DNA of 64,000 nt from an uncultured Planctomycetota bacterium (lineage in GTDB: Bacteria > Planctomycetota > Phycisphaerae > Tepidisphaerales > Tepidisphaeraceae), in assembly GCA_963841915.1 (NCBI GenBank), contig CAWJEN010000005.1, forward strand, positions 832,001 through 896,000. The letters are read 5' to 3'. The notes beneath the pieces were generated by a model. It did no database searches. It was not told the DNA's origin and worked only from the letters and a program-made list of their open reading frames with translations. This document shows, piece by piece, positions 40,905-50,597 of this stretch. Numbering within the stretch: the stretch's first letter is position 1; each line of letters opens with the position of its first letter. The translations under genes and the position numbers were made by a program.

Positions 40905-41831
40905 TTAGAAGCCTCTGCCGAGCTCGTCGTCGGGATCGACGACGACGGTGGTTTCACCGGTGATGAAAGCGCGGCCTGTGATGGTCGGGATGACGCCGCC
41001 GTCGGCGCGTTCGTATCTCGCCTCGAAGACGCTGCCGACAGGTGACATCGTCCGCCACGTCTGGCCGGGCTGCAACATTCCGTCTGCGGCAAGGCACGCG
41101 ATCTTGGCGCTGCAGCCTGTGCCGCAGGGCGAGCGATCCCAGGCGCCGCCGGGGCACATGACGAAGTTGCGTGCGTCGGCGTCGCCCGATCCACCGCCGA
41201 CGAATTCGATGTGATCGATCCGCCCGCCGTCGCTGCCGGTGATGCCGCTTGCTTCAAGGGCGGCCATAATTGCTACGGATTCGCGTGCACGCTCATCGAC
41301 ACACTGCAGCGTCAGGTCGCGTTGCGTCGCGACCAGGAAGAACCAGTTGCCGCCCCACGCGATGTCGCCGACAACGCGGCCAAGATTCGGCACGTGGACC
41401 TCGACGCCCTTGGCATGTCGGTAGGCCAACACATTGCGAACGCTCGCCCGCAGGTCGTCATGCAGGGTGGCTTCGACGATGCCGACCGGTGTCTCAACGC
41501 GCAGCCGCCCGGGCGAGAGGCGGCCGAGGTGGCGGAGGGTCTCAACAAGGCCGATGGTCCCGTGCCCGCACATCCCGAGCGTGCCGACGTTGTTGAAGAA
41601 GATGACGCCCGTGTCGCACGTCGGGTCGTGCGGCTCGACGAGCAAGCCACCGACCATGACGTCACTGCCGCGCGGTTCGTTGCACAGGCAACGTCGGTAG
41701 TCGTCGAAGTCGCGAGAGAAGCGTGTTTGACGCTCTGCAAGCGGACCCGTGCCGAGGTCCGGGCCGCCGTCGATGATGAGTCGCGTCGCTTCGCCGCCGG
41801 TGTGGGAGTCGATGACCTTGAACGGCTTCAT
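40905..41831 (-). CDS. Proline racemase family, 4-hydroxyproline 2-epimerase
   Basis: IDSHTGGE, EPRG, GMCGHG and DRSPCGTG two-cysteine motifs. Confidence 0.92.
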   Translation of the reverse strand: MKPFKVIDSHTGGEATRLIIDGGPDLGTGPLAERQTRFSRDFDDYRRCLCNEPRGSDVMVGGLLVEPHDPTCDTGVIFFNNVGTLGMCGHGTIGLVETLRHLGRLSPGRLRVETPVGIVEATLHDDLRASVRNVLAYRHAKGVEVHVPNLGRVVGDIAWGGNWFFLVATQRDLTLQCVDERARESVAIMAALEASGITGSDGGRIDHIEFVGGGSGDADARNFVMCPGGAWDRSPCGTGCSAKIACLAADGMLQPGQTWRTMSPVGSVFEARYERADGGVIPTITGRAFITGETTVVVDPDDELGRGF

Positions 41832-43219
41832 GAGACGTCAACCTTTGGAAACTGCTGCAGCATGCCACCGTCTGGGGCTTTAGCCATGCCCGCTTCGATG
41901 TCGTCGATCGTCAGCGGGCAGTTCGTCAGCACCTCGCAGCCGTCTTTAGTGACGGCGACGGTGTCTTCGCTTCGGACGTAGCGACGCTGCTTGCGGTCGA
42001 AGAGTTCGGGGTCGACGCTGAAAACGTCGCCGACCTGCAGCTCGCGGTTGGCGGTGCGCTGATTACCGGGATCGTGAATGGCCATGCCGACCGGATGGCT
42101 CAGCGGCCGCGGGCTGTCGACAAGGTCATGTCCCGCCTGCTTCGCTTCGTCGTCGGGGAAGTCCCAATCGTCGACGATGCTCTTAAAGCGTGGTCGCGCT
42201 GCTGCGTAAACGTCATCAATCGTTCGGCCAGCTCGAATTTCTTCCAGCAGGATCACGTGGTAAGCCACAGCCAGTCCGTACATCGATCGCTGCACGCGGT
42301 CGTACTTGCCGTCGACGGGCCACATGCGACCGATGTCGCTTGTGTAGTACCGGTAGTCGGGGGCGTAGTCCATCAGGACGAAGTCACCGGCGTTGAGCTT
42401 GCCCGTGAGTCGCCAGTAATGCATGGCGTAGATGTTGGTCCAGCCACTGGCGATGATCGGGTTGTGCGAGCCACCGAAGCTGTGGCCGCGGCGAAACACG
42501 TACTCAGCAACGGCCGCAAGATCACTCTCACTGACGCCTTGCCGCGTCGACCGCATGGCCTCGACGACGGCCGCGCCCGACAGCTTGCCGGCGACGCGCA
42601 TCAGATCCAGCTCTGCGGGGCTCTTCGTCAGCCGCACGTCGTGCAACGGCACCGACAGATCGTTCAGCGAGCACGCCGGCGCCAGTGCCGACAGCACGGC
42701 ATGCAGGTGAGGCTCGGGCCAGACGTAGCCGCTCATCAACGGATCTGCCGCGACGGTTCGGCGGCGGGCGGTGTGCACGTCGACGTAGGTTCGCAACCCC
42801 TCTGCCCCGCGACGCGGTACGTGCAGAAGCTGCTCGTTCTTCAGATCGTCGGGCAATTCCGCGAGCGGTCGAACGTGCTCTATACCGGCCACGTCATGGA
42901 TGAAGCTGTCGTCCTCGTGGCTCAGTTCCGGGCCGTCGACATCCTCGCGCCTGGCATCGCGCGGCCCAAGGTAGATCGTCGTTTCGCCACCGCGTTCGCA
43001 ATCGACGAGCAGGTAGGCCGTCGCCGGGTCGAGTCCGGCGAGGTAGTAGAAGTCGTTGGACTGTCGCGGCAGTGGCGAGCCTTCGAGTGCGACGGTGCCG
43101 GGCACGAGTGCCTTGCCACGCCCCGCAAGCTTGTCGGCGAGCTTCTGTCGACGCCGTTGCAGCTCGTCAACGGTGAAGTCACGGAACGCAAAGAGCTGCG
43201 AAGCGCGGTCGTCGGTCAT
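41828..43219 (-). CDS. Xaa-Pro aminopeptidase/prolidase (M24)
   Basis: RQSNDFYYLAG, KSPAEL, MDYAPDYRYYTSDIGR, HPVGMAIHD and RSED. Confidence 0.85.
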   Translation of the reverse strand: MTDDRASQLFAFRDFTVDELQRRRQKLADKLAGRGKALVPGTVALEGSPLPRQSNDFYYLAGLDPATAYLLVDCERGGETTIYLGPRDARREDVDGPELSHEDDSFIHDVAGIEHVRPLAELPDDLKNEQLLHVPRRGAEGLRTYVDVHTARRRTVAADPLMSGYVWPEPHLHAVLSALAPACSLNDLSVPLHDVRLTKSPAELDLMRVAGKLSGAAVVEAMRSTRQGVSESDLAAVAEYVFRRGHSFGGSHNPIIASGWTNIYAMHYWRLTGKLNAGDFVLMDYAPDYRYYTSDIGRMWPVDGKYDRVQRSMYGLAVAYHVILLEEIRAGRTIDDVYAAARPRFKSIVDDWDFPDDEAKQAGHDLVDSPRPLSHPVGMAIHDPGNQRTANRELQVGDVFSVDPELFDRKQRRYVRSEDTVAVTKDGCEVLTNCPLTIDDIEAGMAKAPDGGMLQQFPKVDVS

Positions 43220-43250
43220 GGCACTTGAGCAGAGTTGAAGGCGAGACGGC

Positions 43251-44750
43251 TCAAACGCGAAGTACGGCCGGCAGGCGGTCGCCCTTGACGTTGTCGTAAC
43301 AGCGAAGCTGGCTGAACCGTCGAAGCGTTGCCGGCGGACCGACAGCGGTGAAGCCGCCGTGACCGGTGCTCGGGAAGGGCCCGCCGTGGACCATGGCCGG
43401 GCTGACCGCGACGCCGGTCGGCATCTTGTCGTTCAGCAGCCGGCCTACGCGGCCGCGCAGGATGCGTTCGACGAGGTCGTAGTCGTCGCTGTCGTCGGCA
43501 TAGATACTGCCGGTCAGGTTGCCCTCGACGTGCTTCAGGCACGCAGCCAGCTCGGCGACGCCGTTGCAGAGCACGATCAAACCCGCCGGGCCAAAGGCCT
43601 CGGTCTGCATCGCCTCGGGGTTGTCGAGGAAGGTCTTGCCGTTTGTTTGGAGAAGCGTGTTGGCAATCTGCGTGTCGCCAAGACGATTGCCTCCGGTGAC
43701 AATTGTCGCGCCCGATGAGGTCAGCTTGTCGATGGCCGCAGCGAGTCCGTCTGCCGGTGCCTTGCCGAACAAGGTGCCGACCGGCGCTTCTTCGAACTTG
43801 GTCGCGACGGTCTTGATAAAGGCATCTGCGTCGTCACCTGCGACGGCGAAGACGAGGCCAGGGTTGGTGCAGAACTGCCCGACGCCCAGCAGGCATGAAT
43901 TGGCGTACGCCTCGGCAATGGCGTCGCCACGACTCGCCATCGCGCCCGGCATGAAGACCACAGGATTGACGCTGCTCATCTCGAGGTAGATGGGCGTGCC
44001 GACTTTGTCGGCGGCGGTCTTGAGAGCGAGGCCGCCCGCCTTGCTGCCGGTGAAACCGACGGCCTTGAGCCGTGTGTCGCTGACGAGGCGGGTACCGTCC
44101 TCCTTCGACAGGCCATAGAGCAGCTGCACGGTCGCGGCCGGAAGCTTGCTTCCTTCGAGCGCCTGCTTGGCGAGAAGGGCAAGGTGTCGCGTCGTCTCCG
44201 GGTGCAGCGGGTGCGCTTTGGCGAGAACCGGATTGCCCGCTGCGATGGCGGCCGCAAAGTCACCGCCGGCAATCGGGTTGTACGCGAACGGGAAGTTGTT
44301 CGGCCCGAACACCGCGACCGGCCCAACGGGCACGTGCATTGACGCGACGCCCGCCTCGGCATCAACCGTCGGAAGAGCCCAGCCGCCGTCGCGGGCGGCC
44401 TTGGCTGACAGCCGCATCTGGTTGCTCGTCCGCGGAATCTCGATCGACTTCAGTCGCGTCGGTGCAGGCAACGCCGTCTCCTCGGCAGCGACAGTTGCCA
44501 GGTCGTCGACATTGGCATCGATCAGGTCGGCGTAAGCCTCGAGGAAGTCGGCAACGTCTGCCGCATCGCTACCGTCCATCTGCTCGAACGCGGTTGCCGC
44601 TGCCTCAAGTGCCGCGTCGGCGTCGGCCCACGTGCTCACCGGGAACATCGAGCCGATCGCCTCGTTCGTCACCGGATTGCGTGCCTGATAGGTTCCACTG
44701 GCGTCGGCTACACGCCACTCGCCATTAATAAGGATTTGAGCCGGCTTCAA
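43251..44750 (-). CDS. Alpha-ketoglutaric semialdehyde dehydrogenase (NADP+ ALDH)
   Basis: VFGPNNFPFA, FTGS, EMSSVNP, GQFCTNPG and HGGPFPSTG. Confidence 0.88.
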   Translation of the reverse strand: MKPAQILINGEWRVADASGTYQARNPVTNEAIGSMFPVSTWADADAALEAAATAFEQMDGSDAADVADFLEAYADLIDANVDDLATVAAEETALPAPTRLKSIEIPRTSNQMRLSAKAARDGGWALPTVDAEAGVASMHVPVGPVAVFGPNNFPFAYNPIAGGDFAAAIAAGNPVLAKAHPLHPETTRHLALLAKQALEGSKLPAATVQLLYGLSKEDGTRLVSDTRLKAVGFTGSKAGGLALKTAADKVGTPIYLEMSSVNPVVFMPGAMASRGDAIAEAYANSCLLGVGQFCTNPGLVFAVAGDDADAFIKTVATKFEEAPVGTLFGKAPADGLAAAIDKLTSSGATIVTGGNRLGDTQIANTLLQTNGKTFLDNPEAMQTEAFGPAGLIVLCNGVAELAACLKHVEGNLTGSIYADDSDDYDLVERILRGRVGRLLNDKMPTGVAVSPAMVHGGPFPSTGHGGFTAVGPPATLRRFSQLRCYDNVKGDRLPAVLRV

Positions 44751-45658
44751 AGGGTCACCTCCGGTCGATTGCTGATGGCGTGGTGGATCATGTCGAGCAC
44801 TTCTTTACGTTCGTCGCCTTCGATGTTGAGCCGCGGTGCGCGGCACCGCTCGTTGCCGTAGCCGCACTCCTGGGCCGCGAGCTTGATGTACTGCACGAGC
44901 TTGGGCAGCGTGTCGAGGTGCAGAAGGGGCGTGTACCAGCGATACACCTGCCGCGCCTCTTCCCATTTGCCGGCCCCCATGAGGTCCCAAAGCAGTCGGT
45001 TCTCCTTGGGAAACGCATTGACGAGGCCGCTGATCCAGCCGTCGATGCCGAGCACGAAGCTTTCCATGATAAGGTCGTCCACGCCGCACAGCAGCCTGAA
45101 GCGGTTTCCGTGTGCGTTGTGCAGATCAGTGATCCGGCGTGGATCGCTACTGCTTTCCTTGATCGCGACGATGTTGTCGACCTCAGCCAGGTGATCAAAG
45201 TCGCGCGGTTTAAGGTCAACGCGGTAGCTCACCGGGTTGTTGTAGATCATGACGCCCTTACCCCCGGCGGCTTGAGCGACAGCCTTGAAGTGGTGCACGT
45301 TCTCGCGGACATCACTGACGTACACCAAGGCCGGCATGACCATGAAACCGTCGATGCCGAGGTCTACAGACGCTTTGGTGAAGTCGGTTGCGAGCTTCGT
45401 CGTCGTCTCTGCAACGCCCGTGACGACCGGCACACGCCCATTGACGTGCTCGACCGTGCGACGCAGCAAAGCCAGCTTTTCGTCGGCATCAAGGGCGTAG
45501 TTCTCACCGACCGTGCCGAGCATGACGAGGGCGTGGATGCCCCCGTCGATCATGACGTCGAGGTGTGCCATCGTGGCGTCATGATCAACGGACTCGTCAG
45601 CCTTGAACTGTGTACAAGCCGCCGGCAGGACGCCGGCGAACGGATTGTGACGCGACAT
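44747..45658 (-). CDS. DHDPS-family protein, probable pyrroline-hydroxy-carboxylate deaminase
   Basis: GTVGE, MIYNNPVSY, IKESS, CGVDD and KLVQYIK; operon context. Confidence 0.85.
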   Translation of the reverse strand: MSRHNPFAGVLPAACTQFKADESVDHDATMAHLDVMIDGGIHALVMLGTVGENYALDADEKLALLRRTVEHVNGRVPVVTGVAETTTKLATDFTKASVDLGIDGFMVMPALVYVSDVRENVHHFKAVAQAAGGKGVMIYNNPVSYRVDLKPRDFDHLAEVDNIVAIKESSSDPRRITDLHNAHGNRFRLLCGVDDLIMESFVLGIDGWISGLVNAFPKENRLLWDLMGAGKWEEARQVYRWYTPLLHLDTLPKLVQYIKLAAQECGYGNERCRAPRLNIEGDERKEVLDMIHHAISNRPEVTL

Positions 45659-45757
45659 GATCGCACGATACGACGCGACAAGTTGTTGTCGAACAACCAG
45701 TCACGGTGCCGCAAATGAGAAGGAGTTTGGAAAAACCGTTACCAGTTCGCGGCGATG

Positions 45758-46618
45758 CTACTCGTTGATCGTCCAGTAGTTGACGCGGTCGAGGTCGGCC
45801 AGCTCGTACGTCTGCCCATCGACGCCGTCGTAGCTGATCATGACGTGCCTGCGGTCGGTGGCGAAGACGAAGCTGCCGTAGAGCTTGCCGTCGACAACGA
45901 GGTCGAGCTGATGTCCTTCGTCCGTTGCGGCGGCATACTCAATGACGGCGTCGACCGGCTGCGGGTCGGTCGCTCGGTTGCTGCGTTGTTCGGGAAGCAT
46001 CTGGAATCTGAAGTCCTGCTTCGCCTCAAAGTCATAGCCGCGCAAGGCTAGCGGCAGGCTGTTAAATGGCAACGTCTTAAGCGAAACGGACTCGACCGTT
46101 GCCGACTGACGCCCGGCCTCTGGCATGTAGCTGAAGCCGAAGAAGTCCCAGCCGGTCCGCCCGCGGGTCTCGGGGAGCTTTATGAATTGGTGGAAGCTCG
46201 TGCCGCACCACTCCTGGCTGGTCGCGTCGAGCCGGGTCAGCGTCAGGTCGTCGGCCGTTAAGTGACTGGTCGTGACGTGCTTGTAGTCGTAATTGGGCGT
46301 GGGCATGACTTCGATCTGGTTGTGCTTCCAGACGAGCGTCCCGGTGCCGCTCAGCGACTTGGTCCAGGTGTCAGGGTCGTGCGTCTCGCGATTGGTGAGA
46401 AATGTTGCCTCGTACTCGCGGGACCGGCCGTAGATGACACGGGTCGCGTCGTACGTCGCCTTTTCGACAAGTCCGTCACCCCAGGCCGAGTCCTCGGCCC
46501 ACTCGCCGGCGGGCAGCAGGGGGTCGTCCGCCGCCGACGCTGCTGCGTCAGAAAAGGCGACGAGGGCGGTGGTGCCGACGAAGGCGGTCAGTACGGCAGC
46601 AGCAAGAATTGTCTTCAT
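45758..46618 (-). CDS. Secreted hypothetical protein
   Basis: RBS GGAGA; signal peptide MKTILAAAVL...; WGDG, QEWCG and YW motifs. Confidence 0.78.
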   Translation of the reverse strand: MKTILAAAVLTAFVGTTALVAFSDAAASAADDPLLPAGEWAEDSAWGDGLVEKATYDATRVIYGRSREYEATFLTNRETHDPDTWTKSLSGTGTLVWKHNQIEVMPTPNYDYKHVTTSHLTADDLTLTRLDATSQEWCGTSFHQFIKLPETRGRTGWDFFGFSYMPEAGRQSATVESVSLKTLPFNSLPLALRGYDFEAKQDFRFQMLPEQRSNRATDPQPVDAVIEYAAATDEGHQLDLVVDGKLYGSFVFATDRRHVMISYDGVDGQTYELADLDRVNYWTINE

Positions 46619-46684
46619 GGTGTCTCCTATCGAGGATAGGTTGATACGCCGTCGAAGCAGCAAGGTTGCTTCCTCGCCGCCGGT

Positions 46685-47371
46685 TCACCACCGCGTCCCG
46701 CAGGTTCGGCAGTGACGTCTGGCCACCGTCGCCGCCAACCATCCGCGGAGTCGACCCGCGTCGCCGCGCGGGCCGTGGGCCAATGCGCGGCGCCAGTCGG
46801 TGCGCGACCGGTTGCCGCCGCACGACAGGCACGGCTGCCGCGCGAGCAGGTGAAAGCCGATGTCGCTGAGCCCGCCACCGAACGGCGAATCCGCCAATGC
46901 CCGAGCCGCGGCAACTTCGCCTTCTGCCTCCACGCGGAGCGACCACGACGCCCCACAGTCGCTCAACGTCACGACGCCACCCACGGCCTCGGCCACGCAC
47001 GCGGCCATCGTCGCCAACTTCCGCGTTCGGTACGACGCCAACGGCGGCACCATCTCGGGCATGAAACGGCGGAGCAAGATCCCCGCCCGCTCGGCATCGG
47101 CGGCAGGCACTTGCAACTTCACGCCCCCGATCGCAAGCGCCAGGCAATTGGTGGCCGCCATCATCTCGTCGAGCAGCACACACGCCACACCCGCCGCTTC
47201 GAGGCGGAGTCGCGCAATGTGCGCCTCTGCCGGGTGCAGGAACGAAGCGAGCGTGACCCACCTGCCACGGTCACCGGGCGACGGGTCTCCGTCGCCGCCG
47301 TCACCGGTGGGTGTTTCGGGCGGGTGTCCGCCGCGACGAACGTCCGACGGCGGCTCGGCGGTTGCGGCCAT
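46685..47371 (-). CDS. DUF2007 putative signal-transducing protein with a C-terminal zinc ribbon
   Basis: WVTLASF..PAEAHIARLRLEAAGV...GGVKLQV; CLSC...CRTC. Confidence 0.75.
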   Translation of the reverse strand: MAATAEPPSDVRRGGHPPETPTGDGGDGDPSPGDRGRWVTLASFLHPAEAHIARLRLEAAGVACVLLDEMMAATNCLALAIGGVKLQVPAADAERAGILLRRFMPEMVPPLASYRTRKLATMAACVAEAVGGVVTLSDCGASWSLRVEAEGEVAAARALADSPFGGGLSDIGFHLLARQPCLSCGGNRSRTDWRRALAHGPRGDAGRLRGWLAATVARRHCRTCGTRW

Positions 47372-47440
47372 GGGGCAAGCGTAATCAAATCGCCTCTGCC
47401 GCGGAACGCTTGCGGGCATTGTGGTTCTACCGTCACCTCC

Positions 47441-47911
47441 ATGCCGGGTGACGATGCCTTCGAGCCCGCTGTGGCACTTGCCGACTACCTGGCACAACAT
47501 CTGCCACTGGTCAAGGCACTTGGCGTGCGGGTGGCAGAGGCGTCCGACGCGACCGTCCGCCTGGAGGTGCCGCTCGAACCGAACCTCAACCACGAGCAGA
47601 CGGCGTTCGGTGGATCCATCGCGGCCGTCGGCATGCTCGGCGGTTGGGGACTCATCTGGGTGCGGGCACGATCGCTCGGTGTCATGCCGCGACTCGTCAT
47701 CGCCGAGAGTCAAACGCGATACATCCGGCCGATCGACCAGGACTTCGCGGCCGAATGCACCTGGCCGGGCGACGACGTCTGGCGCCAGTCGGCCGTCGCA
47801 CTGCGGCGGCATGGTCGCGCCCGCATCGAACTCCGCACCGAACTTTCCGTCGACGGTAAGGTCGCAGCCGTCCACGACGGCACGTTCGCCGTCCTGCGAC
47901 CGCAAATCTGA
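47441..47911 (+). CDS. YiiD C-terminal-like thioesterase (hotdog fold)
   Basis: LPLVKALGV...PLEPNLNHEQTAFGGS. Confidence 0.82.
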   Translation: MPGDDAFEPAVALADYLAQHLPLVKALGVRVAEASDATVRLEVPLEPNLNHEQTAFGGSIAAVGMLGGWGLIWVRARSLGVMPRLVIAESQTRYIRPIDQDFAAECTWPGDDVWRQSAVALRRHGRARIELRTELSVDGKVAAVHDGTFAVLRPQI

Positions 47912-47997
47912 TGACGCACGAGCAGGCGGAGAAAACATGCGTCGCTGCGCATGGAAACGGATCGTCTCCACTTCGTGACGCATTACATTCTCCTGCA

Positions 47998-48663
47998 GTG
48001 AGCGACGACGTGACATCCGAGGCGACGCAGCGGGCTCGGCAGCGGGTGCGGGAGGCGTTTGCGTCGCTAAACGCTCATGCTCCGACAGGCGGCATCGACC
48101 CGGGCGGCAGCGCGCAGATGCCGTCGCCCGTGACGCAGCAGCAGGCGATGCGGCCGATCAACTTCAATGCCGCCATGGTCAGAGCGCTGATCGCCGGGCA
48201 CAAGACGCAGACGCGTCGGCCGATCCGACCGATGCCGACGGGCGAGGCAAAGGGCCATCCCATCGGGCCGGATGGTGAACCCGCACGATGCACGCTTGCC
48301 GCGACAGGTGACGCGCTGTTTGTCCGCGAGCCGTGGGCGCTGGAAGGTTCGACCCGCGTGTTCGAGGCCGATCTGGGTCCGGCGGTGGCGAAAAAGCGGG
48401 CCTGGCAGCCCGGTCGTCTGCTACCGGCCGACGCGTCTCGAATAACGCTGAAGGTCACGGGTGTCAAAGCCGAGAAGTTGTCGGCCTTGCGGGACGGGGA
48501 CGCGCGGGCAGAGGGCATGCCGCCGGGCCTGTTCGACGAAGTGCCGACGATGTGGTTCCGCTCGCTTTGGGACTCGATCTACGGCAGCAACGAGTTTGCA
48601 TGGGACGCCGATCCGTGGGTGTGGGTCATCTCGTTCCGTGCGCTGCCGAAGGGCAAGCGGTGA
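47998..48663 (+). CDS. Phage-type ASCH-like protein; start uncertain
   Basis: RPINFNAAMVRALIAGHKTQTRR, GD.LFVRE.W, ASRITL.V..V..E.L, ARAEG and PWVWVISF, typical of a prophage-borne family. Confidence 0.75.
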   Translation: MSDDVTSEATQRARQRVREAFASLNAHAPTGGIDPGGSAQMPSPVTQQQAMRPINFNAAMVRALIAGHKTQTRRPIRPMPTGEAKGHPIGPDGEPARCTLAATGDALFVREPWALEGSTRVFEADLGPAVAKKRAWQPGRLLPADASRITLKVTGVKAEKLSALRDGDARAEGMPPGLFDEVPTMWFRSLWDSIYGSNEFAWDADPWVWVISFRALPKGKR

Positions 48664-49358
48664 GTGTGCCGCGTGTGCTGGTCGAGCTGCCGCCGGACGC
48701 CGGTGCGGCGACGCGCGTGGCGCTGCCGGAGGCGTCGCGACGGCACGTGCTGAAGGCGCTGCGGCTCGGTGACGGCGACAACGTCGTCGCCTTCGACGGC
48801 AGCGGCCGATCGGCGATGGGGCGGCTCGTGCGAACTGGCCAACACTGGCAAATCGAGCTGACCGAAGCACCCACGTCGGTATCGGCGTTGCCCGCCTTGA
48901 CCATCTGCTGTGCAGTGCCCAAGGGCCAGCGGGCCGACTGGCTGGCGGAGAAGCTCGGCGAACTCGGCGTCACGCGGTTGGTGCCGTTGCTGACGGATCG
49001 CGGCGTCGTCGAGCCGGGAGCGGGCAAAATCGAGCGGTGGCGTCGATTGGCCGAGTCGGCCGCAAGGCAGAGTCGTGCACCGACGGTGCTGGACGTGGCC
49101 CAGCCGGTGAAGCTCGCCACCGCGATCGAGAGCGAAGGGCAGGGCGTGGTGCTGACGACGGAGCGACCGGCGGCCCGTTGGGCTGGCGAGGCCACGGTGC
49201 TTTACGTCGGCCCTGAAGGCGGTTGGTCGCCCGTGGAGCTGGAGGCCTTCGACGCCGCGGGAAGCGGGTTTGCGACGCTGGGCTCGACGGTGCTCCGCGT
49301 CGAGACGGCTGCGGTCGTGGCAGCGGGGCTGGCCCGGGCGCTGGGCAAAGCCGTTTAG
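48660..49358 (+). CDS. rsmE: 16S rRNA m3U1498 methyltransferase
   Basis: HVLKALRL, PKG.R.DW..EK..ELG, AARQS, VGPEGG and VLRVETA; GTGA overlap with the upstream gene. Confidence 0.9.
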   Translation: MSVPRVLVELPPDAGAATRVALPEASRRHVLKALRLGDGDNVVAFDGSGRSAMGRLVRTGQHWQIELTEAPTSVSALPALTICCAVPKGQRADWLAEKLGELGVTRLVPLLTDRGVVEPGAGKIERWRRLAESAARQSRAPTVLDVAQPVKLATAIESEGQGVVLTTERPAARWAGEATVLYVGPEGGWSPVELEAFDAAGSGFATLGSTVLRVETAAVVAAGLARALGKAV

Positions 49359-49402
49359 GAGGGTTTGCCCCAGAGGCTCGATGTCGCACGTAACGGCCGT
49401 GC

Positions 49403-50245
49403 TCACACGCCGATGGTGTAGAACACCCACGTGAACCCGAGGTCGACGATCGCGATCGCGACGATGGTCAGGACAACGGTCCGGGTGGTCGCGTCGCCGA
49501 CGCCTTGAGCGCCGCCGCGGACGCCGAGACCGAGATAGCAGGCCAGGCCGCTGATGATCGTGCCGAAGACGAAGGCCTTGAACAGGCCGGTCAGGAAGTC
49601 ACGGACGACGATCGCCTCGATCGTGCGGGAGAGGTACAGCTCTGGCGACAGATCCTGCACCGTGACGGCCACGACCATGCCGCCCGCGACGCCAACGAGG
49701 TTGGCGATGATGGCCAAACACGTTGTCATCAGGGCCGTCGCAATCATGCGTGGCACGACGAGGAAGCCGGTGGGGTCGATCGCGTGCGTCTCCATGGCCT
49801 CGATTTCTTCGCCGACGACCATGGTGCCGAGCTCTGCGGCGATGCTGGCACCTGCAAAGCCTGTCAGCACGATGGCCCCGACGAGCGGGCCGAGCTCGCG
49901 GAACATGGCGATCGAGATGATGCGGGCGACCTCGTCCTGTGCGCCGTACTGCCGAAGAATCGGAACGATTTGCAGCGAGAGGATCGCACCGATGGCAAAG
50001 ACGACGAGCGAGACGACCGGAATCGCCCGCACGCCGACGCGGACCATCTGGTAGGTCAGGTTGCGGTAGGCCAGCGACTTACCGCGTCCGCCCAGGAAGT
50101 AGACGAAGCCGATGCGGCTGACGGCCTTGTAGACGAGGAGGCCGACACCACCGGTCGAGATGATGGCAGAGCGGGCCAGTTCACCGATTGATTCGAGCGG
50201 GGCGGCGATGAAGCCGGGTACCTTTTGGTAAGCCTCGTCGCGCAC
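49403..50245 (-). CDS. mlaE: MlaE-family lipid ABC permease; start uncertain
   Basis: RELGPL, AELGTM...EEIEA and GVG.ATT.TVV. Confidence 0.88.
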   Translation of the reverse strand: MRDEAYQKVPGFIAAPLESIGELARSAIISTGGVGLLVYKAVSRIGFVYFLGGRGKSLAYRNLTYQMVRVGVRAIPVVSLVVFAIGAILSLQIVPILRQYGAQDEVARIISIAMFRELGPLVGAIVLTGFAGASIAAELGTMVVGEEIEAMETHAIDPTGFLVVPRMIATALMTTCLAIIANLVGVAGGMVVAVTVQDLSPELYLSRTIEAIVVRDFLTGLFKAFVFGTIISGLACYLGLGVRGGAQGVGDATTRTVVLTIVAIAIVDLGFTWVFYTIGV

Positions 50246-50352
50246 GGAGCGACTGTAGCTTGATGAGTCGCAAAGCACATCATGGTGCGGATCGGGTGAA
50301 ACTTCGATGCAGCTATTGACAACGGTGTCGCGGCCTGACAGAGTTATCGGTC

Positions 50353-50487
50353 TTGACGCATCGCCTCGCGATTGTTCTTCCGCGTACCACCGTTGTTGCA
50401 ACGGCTGGTGTGTCGGATGTTCTGGTCGGTGTGTCTGACGTTCTGGTTATTGTTAGCTAGCCGGCGAGGAGTGTTCTCCCCGCCGGC
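50353..50487 (+). promoter_or_regulatory. Ile/Leu/Val-rich leader peptide (50353-50460) and hairpin (50460-50487); putative ilvB attenuator
   Basis: MTHRLAIVLPRTTVVATAGVSDVLVGVSDVLVIVS* has 16/35 ILV codons; GC stem right after the stop; TTGACA at 50316. Confidence 0.7.
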
Positions 50488-50597
50488 CGCACCGACGACC
50501 TGCCCCCGGCAGGCCGCCCGCTCGACCACCGCCCGTCACTCGACCCCTGCCTGCCACATCGCCGACAAAGACTTTTCAGCGACCTCCAGCCCCCGCC

